Assembly: GCA_903842065.1 (NCBI GenBank) | Contig: CAIMKZ010000076.1 | Span: forward strand, 30,378 to 94,377 | Direction: 5' to 3' | DNA: 64,000 nt | Source of the DNA: an uncultured Acidobacteriaceae bacterium | GTDB lineage: Bacteria > Acidobacteriota > Terriglobia > Terriglobales > Acidobacteriaceae | In this document: piece by piece, positions 46,061 through 56,281 of the stretch | How positions within the stretch are numbered: position 1 is the stretch's first letter | How the letters are laid out: every line of letters starts with the position of its first letter | Notes under the pieces: generated by a model | Databases searched by the model: none | What the model was told of the DNA's origin: nothing | What the model saw: the letters and a program-made list of their open reading frames with translations, nothing else | Position numbers and translations under genes: made by a program

Positions 46061-47893
46061 ATGGGTTATCAGGTGCTGGCGAGGAAGTATCGACCGCAAC
46101 GGTTTGCCGATGTGGCTGGCCAGGACCACGTGACCGTGACGCTGATGAATGCGCTGACGCAGAACCGGGTGGCGCACGGGTACATCTTCTCGGGGCATCG
46201 GGGCATTGGCAAGACTACGATTGCCAGGATTCTGGCTCAGGCGCTGAACTGCCGGAAGGAAGTGGGAAGCGCGGAGCGGCCGACGCCGGAGCCGTGCGGG
46301 GTTTGCGAGTCGTGCACCGAGATCAAGCAGGGCAACGCGGTGGACGTGATCGAGATCGACGCGGCCACGAATCGCGGCATCGACGAGGTTCGCAAGCTGC
46401 GCGACGATGCGCGCTACGATCCGGCCCGGGACCGCTACAAGATTTACATATTGGATGAGGCGCACCAGATTACAGAGGCGGCGTTCAACGCGCTGCTGAA
46501 GACTCTGGAGGAGCCTCCGTCGCACGTTGTGTTTATGATGGCCACGACGGAGCCGGAGAACATTCCGCAGACGATTCGGTCGCGGTGCCAGCACTTCAGC
46601 TTTCACGCGGTGAAGTTCGACGACATTCTGGCGCAGTTGCGAATGATTGCCGATGCCGAGCAGGTGACGGCCGAGGCCGATGCCCTGGCATTACTGGCCG
46701 AGGCCGGCGACGGTTCCATGAGAGACGCGTTGTCGATTATGGATCAGGCGATTGCGTCGGCTCCGATCGAGGACGGTAAGGCGAAGTTGAGCGCGGCGCA
46801 GATCCGCGAGCTTATGGGTTCGGTGCCGAATGCTGTGTTTGAGCGGCTGATGGAGGCCGTTGCGCAGGGCCAGAGCGCGGAACTGATGCAGCAGTTGAAT
46901 GTGCTGGTGAACGCGGGTCACAGCGCGTCGTCGCTGGCGCGGCAGATGGCGCGGTACTTGCGGAACACGTTGATGGCGAAGCTGGCCGGCGAACAGACGG
47001 AGCTGTTGCAGATCTCGACCGACGAGCGGGCGCGCGTGGCGCGTACGGCGATGCTGTTCACCGAGGAAGAGATCACGCGCAACATGCAGATTGTGTTGCG
47101 GACGTTCGACGAACTGAATTATCGCCAGGAACAGCGGTTCCATCTTGAGCTGGGCATGATGAAGCTGATCCACGCGCAGAGGCTGCTGCCGATTGAGGAA
47201 CTGCTGAGCGGAGTGGCGGCGGGGGTTGTGGCGAGACCGGCGGCGCAGGCAACACCTCGTCCGGCTGCTGCGCCTGCGAGCAGGCCAGCTGCCGCACCGG
47301 TGGCGCACTCGCCGTTTGGCGGCGGTGGCGGTGGTGGATGGAGTTCGACGAAGCCGAGCGCGCCGCTGGGTCCGGTTGCGGTGAAGAAGAGCACAGAGCA
47401 GGGCTTTACAGCGGCGGCTGAGCCGGCGCGCGGGTTTGCGGAGACAGCGACGGAGACGGTGGGGGCGCTGGCGGTTGCACCAGATGTTTCGGGCATGGGC
47501 GCGCCGGAAGCGGATGCGATTCGCGCCAGTGTACAAGGGGCGCTGGAACATTCAGGACATGCGAGCGCAGCCGTCCTGCTGGGTGCGGCGGTGTGGACCG
47601 TGGATGGCGCCACGGTGCGGATCGAAGTGGCCGTCATGGGCAAGAAGATGCTGGCGCTGACGGTGAACGCGGCGGCGGAGAAGGTCATCCGGCAGGAGTT
47701 GACGAGGCTGGGCGCGCCGGGGCGTTTCCTGATCGTGCCGGGCACGGGCGCTGGCGCGGCTGCGGCTCCGACGGCGGTGCAGCCGGTTATGGGCAGCGTG
47801 CAGGCTGAGGCGCTGAAGCATCCGATGGTGGAGCGGGCGCGTGAGATCTTCAAGGCCGAGGTGCGCAGCGTGCTGGACCTGAGGCAGAAGTAG
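46061..47893 (+). CDS. dnaX: DNA polymerase III subunit gamma/tau
   Basis: LARKYRPQRF, GHRGIGKTT, EIDAATNRG, IYILDEAHQ, NALLKTLEEPP, SRC, GSMRDA. Confidence 0.97.
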   Translation: MGYQVLARKYRPQRFADVAGQDHVTVTLMNALTQNRVAHGYIFSGHRGIGKTTIARILAQALNCRKEVGSAERPTPEPCGVCESCTEIKQGNAVDVIEIDAATNRGIDEVRKLRDDARYDPARDRYKIYILDEAHQITEAAFNALLKTLEEPPSHVVFMMATTEPENIPQTIRSRCQHFSFHAVKFDDILAQLRMIADAEQVTAEADALALLAEAGDGSMRDALSIMDQAIASAPIEDGKAKLSAAQIRELMGSVPNAVFERLMEAVAQGQSAELMQQLNVLVNAGHSASSLARQMARYLRNTLMAKLAGEQTELLQISTDERARVARTAMLFTEEEITRNMQIVLRTFDELNYRQEQRFHLELGMMKLIHAQRLLPIEELLSGVAAGVVARPAAQATPRPAAAPASRPAAAPVAHSPFGGGGGGGWSSTKPSAPLGPVAVKKSTEQGFTAAAEPARGFAETATETVGALAVAPDVSGMGAPEADAIRASVQGALEHSGHASAAVLLGAAVWTVDGATVRIEVAVMGKKMLALTVNAAAEKVIRQELTRLGAPGRFLIVPGTGAGAAAAPTAVQPVMGSVQAEALKHPMVERAREIFKAEVRSVLDLRQK

Positions 47894-47898
47894 AAAAA

Positions 47899-47933
47899 CA
47901 GCTATGAGCTGCTAGCTTCTAGCTCCTAGCTCG
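47899..47933 (+). repeat. Heptameric AGCT-type repeat after dnaX stop
   Basis: cagctat gagctgc tagcttc tagctcc tagctcg. Confidence 0.85.
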
Positions 47934-48032
47934 CTTGTGCCTGAGCGGGTTTTGAGGGTATGGCGGAGTGAAAGAAGCACGAACGAAGCATGACGAATGA
48001 GCCGACGGTATCGGCGATCAGAGGGAAATGCA

Positions 48033-48362
48033 ATGTTTAATCCGCTGAAGATGGGAGAGATGCTGTCGAAGGCCAACGAGGCGCAGGAGGAGATCAAGCG
48101 CCGGCTGGGCGAGACGGTGGTGGAGGGCGAGAGCGGCGGCGGTGCTGTGCGAGTGACGATGAACGGCAAGAAAGAGCTGATGAAGCTGCGGCTCGATCCG
48201 GCGGCAGTGGTGGGGCTGGCAGGCGAGAAGCCCGACGTGGAGATGCTTGAGGACCTGATTGTGGCGGCGGTGAACGCGGCGGCGCGCAAGGCCGATGATG
48301 CGATCCAGTCGAACATAAAGGGGATGCTGGGCGGGTTGAATATTCCGGGTTTGGGTGGGTAG
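48033..48362 (+). CDS. ybaB: YbaB/EbfC nucleoid-associated protein
   Basis: VEGESGGGAVRVTMNG, EMLEDLIVAAVNAA; position between dnaX and recR. Confidence 0.93.
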   Translation: MFNPLKMGEMLSKANEAQEEIKRRLGETVVEGESGGGAVRVTMNGKKELMKLRLDPAAVVGLAGEKPDVEMLEDLIVAAVNAAARKADDAIQSNIKGMLGGLNIPGLGG

Positions 48363-48471
48363 GGCGAGATTTCCTATAGGGTCAGCCCCTATATGTTTGC
48401 GTGAGCAGATGTACGGTCTAAAGCCCATACCCATTAAGACAGAATAAGAAGGCAGGGCAAGAGTAAGGGTC

Positions 48472-48509
48472 TCCCAGGTCCCCAAAAGCGAGGGACCTGG
48501 GGCATCCAG
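48472..48509 (+). repeat. REP-like palindrome family A, copy 4
   Basis: TCCCAGGTCCC-CAAAAGCGA-GGGACCTGGG-GCATCCAG. Confidence 0.9.
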
Positions 48510-48537
48510 GTTCAGTGGGTTAATAAGGGAGAAGGAT

Positions 48538-49137
48538 TTGGCACGTTTTGCCGAGCCGATGGCGAAGCTCATTGAAGAGCTGAAGAAACTGCCTGGCGTG
48601 GGTTCGAAGACGGCGCAGCGGTATGCGTTTCATCTGCTGCGGACGAGCGACGAGGACGCGGCGGCGCTGGCGGAGGCGGTTCGCGGCTTGAAGGCCGGCC
48701 TGCGGCTTTGCTCGATCTGCAACAACGTGACGGATGTGGACCCGTGTGCCTACTGCGCGAGCGCGTCTCGCAACCACCGGCTGGTGTGTGTGGTCGAGGA
48801 GCCGACCAATATTGAGATCGTCGAGCGGACGCGGGGCTTTGCGGGCGTTTATCACGTGCTGCATGGGACTTTGAGCCCTCTGCATGGCGTGGGGCCGGAT
48901 CAGCTGAGAACGCGGACGCTGGTAGATCGCGTGGAGCGGGGCGAGGTGGACGAGGTGATTCTTGCAACCAGTCCTACGCTCGAGGGCGAGGCGACGGCGG
49001 CTTGGCTGGCCGCTGCTCTGAAGGCCCACCCGGTACGGGTAACGCGGATTGCGACGGGAGTTCCGGCGGGGAGCGATATCGATTATGCCGACGAGGTGAC
49101 GATGTCGCGGGCGCTGGAGGGGCGGCGGGAACTCTAG
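48538..49137 (+). CDS. recR: Recombination mediator RecR
   Basis: LPGVGSKTA, CSIC...CAYC, YHVLHG, EVILATSPTLEGE, TRIATGVPAG, YADEVT. Confidence 0.96.
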   Translation: MARFAEPMAKLIEELKKLPGVGSKTAQRYAFHLLRTSDEDAAALAEAVRGLKAGLRLCSICNNVTDVDPCAYCASASRNHRLVCVVEEPTNIEIVERTRGFAGVYHVLHGTLSPLHGVGPDQLRTRTLVDRVERGEVDEVILATSPTLEGEATAAWLAAALKAHPVRVTRIATGVPAGSDIDYADEVTMSRALEGRREL

Positions 49138-49169
49138 CAAGTCAGCAGGTTAGCGAGTCAGCGAGTCGG
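49138..49169. repeat. Octameric repeat at the recR/kdpC convergence, supplying kdpC stop
   Basis: caagtcag caggttag cgagtcag cgagtcgg. Confidence 0.75.
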
Positions 49170-49812
49170 CGGGCTTAACGGCAGATTGGTTGTCCAGAGC
49201 CAGATTCAATTCCAAAACATTGATGCGGGGCTCGCCGAAGAGGCCGAGGTCGCGGGGTTTTGTGTGCGCGGCGATGAGGCTGTTGACAGCGTCGATTGAG
49301 AGGTTGCGTGCCTGAGCGACGCGGGCAGCCTGAAACGCGGCGTTGTCGGGGGTGATGTCGGGGTCAAGGCCGGAGGCTGAGGTTGTAAGCATGTCGATGG
49401 GAACGGGCTGGCCGTTGCTGGCGGTTGTGAGTTTGTCGATGTCGGACTGGATGCGCTGGGCGAGCTTGGCGTTCGATAGCGAGAGGTTGGTTCCGCCCGA
49501 GGCGGTGGCGTCGTATCCGTTGCCGGCTGCCGAGGGGCGGGGATGGAAGTACTTGTCGGCAGTGAAGGATTGCGCGAGTAACTGAGAGCCAATGACCTGG
49601 CCGTCTTTGAGGAGGAGGCTGCCGGTGGCCTGGCGGGGAAAGAGGACGTGGGCCGCGACGGTGAGGAAGAGTGGGTAAAGCAGGCCGAGCAGGATGGTGG
49701 TGAGGATGGTGAAGCGGATGGCGGTTCCCCATACAGAGTGATGGACCGGCGGCGGGACGTGGGGGATGTGGGCGGCGTCGAGGATTGGGGCGTGATTGGT
49801 AGTGGTTTGCAT
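49150..49812 (-). CDS. kdpC: K+-transporting ATPase subunit C
   Basis: GSQLLAQSF...YFHPRPS, SGGTN, TTSASGLDPDI, GEPRINVLELNLAL. Confidence 0.95.
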   Translation of the reverse strand: MQTTTNHAPILDAAHIPHVPPPVHHSVWGTAIRFTILTTILLGLLYPLFLTVAAHVLFPRQATGSLLLKDGQVIGSQLLAQSFTADKYFHPRPSAAGNGYDATASGGTNLSLSNAKLAQRIQSDIDKLTTASNGQPVPIDMLTTSASGLDPDITPDNAAFQAARVAQARNLSIDAVNSLIAAHTKPRDLGLFGEPRINVLELNLALDNQSAVKPADSLTR

Positions 49813-49836
49813 GGAGGCTTCCTTGAATCGATCGGG

Positions 49837-51870
49837 TTATGCCAGGTGGAGCGCGACCAGGCAGAGGTCGATGGCCTTGATGCCGAGAAAGGGAATCAGA
49901 ATTCCGCCGAAGCCGTAGACGAGCAGGTTGCGGCGAAGGAGGATATCTGCGGGTTTGGGATCGTAGCGGACGCCTTTTAGTGCGAGAGGGATGAGCGCGA
50001 CGATGATGAGTGCGTTGAAGATGACGGCGGAGAGGATGGCGGACTGCGGGTTGGCCAGGTGCATGATGTTGAGGGCGTTGAGCACCGGGAAGACACCGGC
50101 GAACATGGCTGGGATGATGGCGAAGTACTTGGCGACGTCGTTGGCGATCGAGAAGGTGGTGAGTGCGCCGCGGGTCATGAGGAGCTGTTTACCGATCTCG
50201 ACGATTTCGATGAGCTTGGTGGGGTTGGAGTCTAGATCGACCATGTTGCCGGCTTCTTTGGCGGCTTGCGTGCCGGAGTTCATGGCGACGCCTACGTCGG
50301 CCTGGGCGAGAGCGGGTGCGTCGTTGGTGCCGTCGCCTGTCATGGCGACGAGCTTGCCTTTGGCCTGCTCGCGCTTGATGAGGTCCATCTTGTCTTTTGG
50401 TTTTGCTTCGGCGAGGAAGTCGTCGACGCCGGCTTCGCGGGCGATGACGGCGGCGGTGAGGGGGTTGTCTCCGGTGATCATGATGGTGCGAATGCCCATG
50501 GCGCGGAGGCGGGCGAGGCGGTCCTTGAGTCCGCCCTTGACGATGTCCTTGAGGTAGATGACGCCGAGGGCTGTCGAGTTTTCCGCGACGACGAGGGGGG
50601 TACCGCCGAGGCGGGCGATCTCTTCAACGGAGTCGCGAACCTTTTGCGGGAGCTTGCTGCCCTGTTCTTCGAGGAAGCGTGAAATGGCATCGACAGAGCC
50701 CTTGCGGATGCGGGTGCCGGGGAGGTTGATGCCGCTCATACGGGTTTGAGCTGTAAAGGGAACGAACTCGACATGCGAGCCGGCGAGATCGCGTCCGCGC
50801 AGGTTGTACTTATCCTTGGCGAGTACGACGATGGAGCGGCCTTCCGGGGTTTCGTCGGATAGAGAGGAGAGCTGAGCGCAGTTGGCTAGCCGCTCGGCGC
50901 TGACGTCAGGGGCAGGGATGAACTCGGTCGCCTGGCGGTTGCCGAGGGTGATGGTGCCGGTCTTGTCCAGGAGGAGCGTGTTGACGTCACCGGCAGCTTC
51001 AACGGCGCGGCCGCTCATGGCGAGGACGTTGTATTGGACGAGACGGTCCATGCCGGCGATGCCAATGGCCGAGAGCAGACCTCCGATGGTGGTGGGGATG
51101 AGGCAGACCAAGAGCGAGACGAGGACGAAGATGGTCTGTGGGGCGTGGGAGTAGATGGCGAAGGGCTGAAGGGTAACGACAGCGAGCAGAAAAATGATGG
51201 TGAGGCCAGAGAGCAGGATGGAGAGGGCGATCTCGTTGGGCGTCTTTTGACGGGATGCGCCTTCGACGAGAGCGATCATTCGGTCGAGGAAGGTCTCGCC
51301 GGGGTTGGAGGTGATGCGGACCTTGATCCAGTCCGATAAAACTTTGGTTCCGCCGGTTACGGCCGAGCGGTCGCCGCCGGCCTCGCGGATGACGGGTGCG
51401 GATTCGCCGGTGATGGCGGACTCGTCGACCGAGGCGACACCCTCGATGACTTCTCCGTCGCCGGCAATGTAGCTGCCGGCCTCGACGTAGATGATGTCGC
51501 CCAGGCGCAGCAGGGCGGACGGAACCTGTTCGAAGGAGCCGTCGGCCTTGTAGCGGGTGGCTACAGTCTCGCCCTTGGCCTTGCGGAGGGTGTCGGCCTG
51601 GGCCTTGCCGCGCCCTTCGGCCATGGCTTCGGCGAAGTTGGCAAAGAGGACGGTGAACCAGAGCCAGAGCGTGATCTGGAGGTTGAAGGCGAAGCCTGGA
51701 CGGTGATGGATACCGTTGTCGATGAGGATGAGTGTGGTGAGGAGGCTGCCGACCTCGACGACGAACATGACGGGGTTCTTGACCATCGTGCGGGGGTCGA
51801 GCTTGCGCACAGAGCCCGTGAGGGCCTGCTTTACGATCGCTGCGTCCCAGAGTTTTCTGTTCTCGGCCAT
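49837..51870 (-). CDS. kdpB: K+-transporting ATPase subunit B
   Basis: KNPVMF, AITGES, DKTGTIT phosphorylation motif, [10 protein letters not shown]; start MAENRK at 51870. Confidence 0.97.
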   Translation of the reverse strand: MAENRKLWDAAIVKQALTGSVRKLDPRTMVKNPVMFVVEVGSLLTTLILIDNGIHHRPGFAFNLQITLWLWFTVLFANFAEAMAEGRGKAQADTLRKAKGETVATRYKADGSFEQVPSALLRLGDIIYVEAGSYIAGDGEVIEGVASVDESAITGESAPVIREAGGDRSAVTGGTKVLSDWIKVRITSNPGETFLDRMIALVEGASRQKTPNEIALSILLSGLTIIFLLAVVTLQPFAIYSHAPQTIFVLVSLLVCLIPTTIGGLLSAIGIAGMDRLVQYNVLAMSGRAVEAAGDVNTLLLDKTGTITLGNRQATEFIPAPDVSAERLANCAQLSSLSDETPEGRSIVVLAKDKYNLRGRDLAGSHVEFVPFTAQTRMSGINLPGTRIRKGSVDAISRFLEEQGSKLPQKVRDSVEEIARLGGTPLVVAENSTALGVIYLKDIVKGGLKDRLARLRAMGIRTIMITGDNPLTAAVIAREAGVDDFLAEAKPKDKMDLIKREQAKGKLVAMTGDGTNDAPALAQADVGVAMNSGTQAAKEAGNMVDLDSNPTKLIEIVEIGKQLLMTRGALTTFSIANDVAKYFAIIPAMFAGVFPVLNALNIMHLANPQSAILSAVIFNALIIVALIPLALKGVRYDPKPADILLRRNLLVYGFGGILIPFLGIKAIDLCLVALHLA

Positions 51871-51911
51871 GGTGTATCCGTTGTGTGCCTCGTGGTTCGA
51901 TGGGAACCTGG

Positions 51912-53630
51912 TTAGAAGAGTTGTTTGGCGTTGAGGAGCAGATGTTCGAGCACAGGGCCGAGACTGACGGCCGGGAAGAAGGTTAACGCTCCAACGATGA
52001 CAACGACGCCGATCAGCAGAACAGTGAAGAGCGAGGAGTTGACGGGAAACGTGCCGGGCGAGGGCGGGACGCTCTTCTTTCTGGCGAGGTTTCCGGCCAG
52101 TGCGAGGACGGGAATCATCATGAGGAAGCGACCGGTGAGCATGTCGAAGGCCATCGCGATGTTGTACCACCAGTTGGTGCCGAGCCCGGCGAAGGCCGAG
52201 CCGTTGTTGCCGGCGCCGGAGACGAAGGAGTAGAGGATCTCAGTGAATCCGTGGGGGCCGGGGTTGTTGGTGACGCCTGTGCCCTGGGGAATGAGAACGA
52301 AGATGGCGGCGAGAGAGAGGACGACGAGCGGGAAGATGAGCGCGTAGAGCATGGCCATCTTGACGTCGTAGCCTTCGATCTTCTTGCCGAGGTACTCTGG
52401 TGTGCGGCCTACCATGAGTCCGGCGATGAAGACGGCGAGTACGACAAAGATCAACATGCCGTAGAGTCCGGAGCCAACGCCGCCGAAGACGACTTCGCCG
52501 AGCATGATGTTGGCGAGAGGAACGAGTCCGCCGAGAGGGGTGAAGCTGTCGTGCATGGCGTTGACCGCGCCGCAGCTGGCGTCGGTGGTGATGGTGGCGA
52601 AGAGCGTAGAGGATGCGACGCCGAAGCGGACCTCTTTGCCTTCCATGTTTCCGGCGGGCGCGGTGAGCGAGCCGGACTGTGCAGCGCCGTGGATAGCGTT
52701 ATAGGGCTGGGATTCAGCCCAGTAGCAGGCGGCGAATCCAGCGGTGAAGAGGACGAACATGGCGGCGAATACGGCCCATCCGTGTCCCTGCGATCTGGTC
52801 ATGCGGCCCAGAGCGTAAGTGAGTCCGGCGGGGATGAGGAAGATGGAAAGCATCTGAAGCAAGTTCGAGAAGGGGGTGGGGTTTTCAAAGGGGTGCGCGC
52901 TGTTGGCGTTGAAGAATCCGCCGCCGTTGGTGCCCAGCATCTTGATGGCTTCCTGGCTGGCGACGGGGCCCTGTGCGATGGTTTGGGTTGCGCCTTCGAG
53001 GGTGTGTACGGCGGTGTAAGCGGATAAGTTTTGGGGTACGCCCTGCCATACAAGAAGGAGTGCGTAGACGATGCAGGCGGGGAGCAGAATCCAGAGCGTA
53101 GTGCGCGTGAGGTCGACCCAGAAGTTGCCGATGGTGGCGGAGGTTGTACGCCGGATGCCGCGAATGAGAGCTACAGCAACGACGATACCGACGGCTGCGG
53201 ACCAGAAGTTATGTGTGGCGAGCGCGGCCATCTCGGTGAGATAGCTCATGGTGGATTCGGGCACGTAGAACTGCCAGTTGGTGTTGGTGGTGAAGCTGGC
53301 TGCGGTGTTGAATGCGAGATCGGGAGCGACGCCGGCGAGATGCTGGGGATTGAAGGGAAGCCAGGACTGAATGCGCTCGATGATGTAGGTGAAGACGAGC
53401 GTGACGGCGGAGAAGCCGAGCATGGCAAAGGCGTACTCGCGCCAGTTCATCTCGGAGTCGGGCCGGACGGCGCAGAGCCGGTAGGTGAGTCGCTCGATGG
53501 GGCGCAGGATGGGATCGAGCCAGGTGCGCTCGCCCTCGAAGACGTGGGCGAGATAGATGCCGACAGGTTTGACAGTAGCGAACAGCACGATGGAGAAGAT
53601 GGCGAATTGCAGCCAGCCGTTGGCGGTCAT
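51912..53630 (-). CDS. kdpA: K+-transporting ATPase subunit A
   Basis: [46 protein letters not shown]. Confidence 0.97.
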   Translation of the reverse strand: MTANGWLQFAIFSIVLFATVKPVGIYLAHVFEGERTWLDPILRPIERLTYRLCAVRPDSEMNWREYAFAMLGFSAVTLVFTYIIERIQSWLPFNPQHLAGVAPDLAFNTAASFTTNTNWQFYVPESTMSYLTEMAALATHNFWSAAVGIVVAVALIRGIRRTTSATIGNFWVDLTRTTLWILLPACIVYALLLVWQGVPQNLSAYTAVHTLEGATQTIAQGPVASQEAIKMLGTNGGGFFNANSAHPFENPTPFSNLLQMLSIFLIPAGLTYALGRMTRSQGHGWAVFAAMFVLFTAGFAACYWAESQPYNAIHGAAQSGSLTAPAGNMEGKEVRFGVASSTLFATITTDASCGAVNAMHDSFTPLGGLVPLANIMLGEVVFGGVGSGLYGMLIFVVLAVFIAGLMVGRTPEYLGKKIEGYDVKMAMLYALIFPLVVLSLAAIFVLIPQGTGVTNNPGPHGFTEILYSFVSGAGNNGSAFAGLGTNWWYNIAMAFDMLTGRFLMMIPVLALAGNLARKKSVPPSPGTFPVNSSLFTVLLIGVVVIVGALTFFPAVSLGPVLEHLLLNAKQLF

Positions 53631-53632
53631 TT

Positions 53633-53728
53633 TTAGAATTTCTCCGGGAAGAGAAGCGTGGCGGTGAGGTAAATGAGCAGCAGGACGGAGAGGATGAGGC
53701 CGATGGCGGTGATGAGATCGAGTTGCAT
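53633..53728 (-). CDS. kdpF: KdpF peptide (31 aa; absent from ORF track)
   Basis: MQLDLITAIGLILSVLLLIYLTATLLFPEKF; YL..LL.PEKF signature, stop 2 nt before kdpA ATG. Confidence 0.92.
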   Translation of the reverse strand: MQLDLITAIGLILSVLLLIYLTATLLFPEKF

Positions 53729-53745
53729 GTGCGCTCTCCGTTGGG

Positions 53746-53832
53746 TTAGTTCAGCTTGTGGCATGCCCTGACATAGAGAAATGCCAGGACGAAAAACAGG
53801 GCGGTAAACAAGAGCATGACGAGGTCTTGCAT
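53746..53832 (-). CDS. 28-aa hydrophobic peptide upstream of kdpF (KdpZ-like; absent from ORF track)
   Basis: MQDLVMLLFTALFFVLAFLYVRACHKLN; GGAG SD upstream. Confidence 0.75.
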   Translation of the reverse strand: MQDLVMLLFTALFFVLAFLYVRACHKLN

Positions 53833-53888
53833 CTGCGACTCCCGAAGATGATTGTGGCGGGAGGGAAGAGAAGATGGGGAAAGGAAAA

Positions 53889-53905
53889 CCTAAATTGTTT
53901 GTAAA
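53889..53905 (-). promoter_or_regulatory. Candidate KdpE binding site
   Basis: Minus strand TTTACA-AACAA-TTTAGG (11-bp period), upstream of CACAAT -10 at 53851-53856. Confidence 0.6.
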
Positions 53906-53913
53906 GGGGGAGA

Positions 53914-53947
53914 CAGGGACCAGAGACTGAGGGACTAGGGACTGAGG
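53914..53947. repeat. GGGACT 7/8-mer repeat downstream of kdpE
   Basis: cagggac cagagact gagggact agggact gagg. Confidence 0.75.
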
Positions 53948-53960
53948 TGGTGTGCGGCTG

Positions 53961-54647
53961 CTATTCGTCGATGCCTTCGGGGATGAATCGGTATCCGACC
54001 CAGGGCTCGGTCTGGATGTATTGCCGGCCGGTTTCGGCCTCTAGTTTTTTTCTCAGTTGGCCGACGAAGACGCGGAGGTACTCGGGCTGGTGCGCCGATT
54101 GAACTCCCCAGACGGCAGTGAGCAGAGCGCGGTGGGTTATGACCTTGCCGGCATGCAGGCCGAGGTGGGCGAGCAGATCGAACTCCTTGGGTGTGAGGTG
54201 AATGGGCTTTCCCTGGACGACGACAGAATGGGCGTCGGGGTCGATTAGGAAGTCTCCTGCCTCGATAGTCTCAGAAGCGCGCTCGGGTGAGCGGCGGAGG
54301 TGGGCGCGGACGCGGGCAAGAAGTTCCTGAATGGAGAAGGGCTTGGTGACGTAGTCGTCGGCTCCGGCGTCGAGGGCTTCGACCTTGGAGCGCTCGTTCT
54401 CACGGACGCTGAGGACGACAATAGGGGTATCCGAGCGGCCACGGATCGATCGGCAGACGTCAATTCCGGAGAGGCCGGGCATCATGAGGTCGGTGATGAC
54501 GAGGTCAGGTTCCCACTCGCGGAAGACCAGGAGGCCTTCTTCGGGATCGTTGGCGGTGCGGACGTCGTAGGCCTGTGCTGCGAGTGAGGCGCGCAGCACG
54601 CGTGTGATCTGCGGTTCGTCGTCGATAACCAGTATCTTTCCAGGCAT
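53961..54647 (-). CDS. kdpE: KdpE response regulator
   Basis: ILVIDDEPQI, DLMMPGL, ALDAGADDYVTKPF, YLRVFVGQLRKKLE, TEPWVGYRF. Confidence 0.9.
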   Translation of the reverse strand: MPGKILVIDDEPQITRVLRASLAAQAYDVRTANDPEEGLLVFREWEPDLVITDLMMPGLSGIDVCRSIRGRSDTPIVVLSVRENERSKVEALDAGADDYVTKPFSIQELLARVRAHLRRSPERASETIEAGDFLIDPDAHSVVVQGKPIHLTPKEFDLLAHLGLHAGKVITHRALLTAVWGVQSAHQPEYLRVFVGQLRKKLEAETGRQYIQTEPWVGYRFIPEGIDE

Positions 54648-54709
54648 GAGAATCTCTCAGGGCAGATTACACCATCCGCGCGGCGCGGGTATGATTCTGA
54701 TGGAGAAAT

Positions 54710-56182
54710 ATGAGCGCACGACTCACGCCGAGAACGATATTTCGCTTGCTTGGGGCCACGGTTGCGGCGGCCGCGGTGACGTATGTGCTTGAGGCTACGC
54801 ACTCGAACCCTGCGACGGCCGGGATTGTATATCTGGCGCTGGTGGTGTATCTGGCCACGCAGACCGGTCTCTGGCTTTCGTTATTTGTTGCGGCGATTTG
54901 CGCGGGCGGGTTTGACTACTACTTTCTGCCGCCCTATTTGACATTCTGGCTTACTGGTCCGCAGGCGTGGATCGACCTTTTTGCATTTGTGGCGAGTTCG
55001 GTGGTGGTGAATCGAGTGGCGGAGCTTGCGCGCAAACAGACAATACACGCCAAAGAACGGCAGCGGGATCTGGAGCGGCTGTACTCGCTGAGCCAGGAGA
55101 TGATGCTGTACAGCGACGCCGAAGAGCTGATCCGCGCGTTTCCGATGGTGATCGCGCGGACGTTCGATTTGAATGCTGTTGTGTTGCTGGTAGAGGATCG
55201 GGACCGGGTGTATTCGTTCCCGGGCGATTTGCCGCCGAGCGTTGAGGCCGGCGTACGTGGGCTGTCGCGCGGGGAGCCCCCGATGGTTGAGCTTACGCTG
55301 GGCTACAACGCGGTGTCTCTGATGGTGGGGCAGCTTCAGGTGGGAGCACTGGCGTGGCATCCGGGCGCGGGGCTGCAACGGGAGGTGGCGACGGCAGTGG
55401 CGGCGCAGGTGGCGGTGGTGCTGGCGCGGGCGTTGACGATGGAGGCCTCGGCGCGGATGGAGGCGTCTCGGGAAGCGGACCGATTGCGGGCGGCTCTGGT
55501 GGATTCTGTGACGCACGAGCTGCGCACGCCGCTGACGGCGATTCGAGCGGCTTCCACGACGTTGCTGAGTCCGGGGAGTCTGGATGAGGATTCGCGCCAG
55601 GACTTGGTACGGGTGATCGACGAAGAGGCTTCTCGGCTGGACCGGTTGATAGGCGAATCGGTGCAGATGGCCGAGGTGGACGCGCAGGTTGTGCGGGTGA
55701 GGCTGGCGCCGCAGCCGCCGCGGGAGTTTCTCGAAGAGGCGGTGGAGGAGTCGCGAAAGGCGCTCGCGGGCCGGGCGGTAGAGATCGATGGGGACGATTC
55801 GATCGAGGTGGTGTGGTTCGACGGGCAACTGCTGGGCCGGGTGTTGCGGCACCTGCTGGAGAATGCGGCCAGTTATACTCCCGCGGGAAGCCGGATACGG
55901 CTTTGGTACGGGCGACGCGGCGGAAGTCTGGAATTCCGTGTGGAGGATGACGGTCCGGGGATAGATGCGGCGGATCTGCCACTGATCTTTGGCAAGTTCT
56001 ACCGGGGCCGTCGGGGAACGGTATCGAGAAAGGGTTCGGGGATGGGGCTGGCTATAACCAAGGAGATTCTGACCGCGCATGGGGGAGGGATTGAGGCGAC
56101 GAGCGAACCGGGCGGGGGAGCTCGCTTCCGGTTCTGGGTGCCGCTGGTGGAGAAGGAGCCTGGCGCGGCAGGGCAGGAATAG
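54710..56182 (+). CDS. kdpD: KdpD-like sensor kinase lacking the N-terminal KdpD/Usp domains
   Basis: Starts at the 4-TM (DUF4118-like, FDYYFLPPYLTF) module, then GAF-like region, SVTHELRTPL, LLENA, DDGPG, GSGMGL. Confidence 0.78.
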   Translation: MSARLTPRTIFRLLGATVAAAAVTYVLEATHSNPATAGIVYLALVVYLATQTGLWLSLFVAAICAGGFDYYFLPPYLTFWLTGPQAWIDLFAFVASSVVVNRVAELARKQTIHAKERQRDLERLYSLSQEMMLYSDAEELIRAFPMVIARTFDLNAVVLLVEDRDRVYSFPGDLPPSVEAGVRGLSRGEPPMVELTLGYNAVSLMVGQLQVGALAWHPGAGLQREVATAVAAQVAVVLARALTMEASARMEASREADRLRAALVDSVTHELRTPLTAIRAASTTLLSPGSLDEDSRQDLVRVIDEEASRLDRLIGESVQMAEVDAQVVRVRLAPQPPREFLEEAVEESRKALAGRAVEIDGDDSIEVVWFDGQLLGRVLRHLLENAASYTPAGSRIRLWYGRRGGSLEFRVEDDGPGIDAADLPLIFGKFYRGRRGTVSRKGSGMGLAITKEILTAHGGGIEATSEPGGGARFRFWVPLVEKEPGAAGQE

Positions 56183-56281
56183 CAGTTGTGGGGGATCAAA
56201 CCTATATGATAGGTTTGCTGGAACAAATGCGGCCGGAGGTGCGCGAAGCTGGCCGTGGAAGATGAAAGAGGAGCGATTGTG

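Noticed and set aside
48375-48393. Small hairpin TATAGGG-TCAGC-CCCTATA after ybaB
   Set aside because: Single copy, no U-tract; not enough to call a terminator or repeat family.
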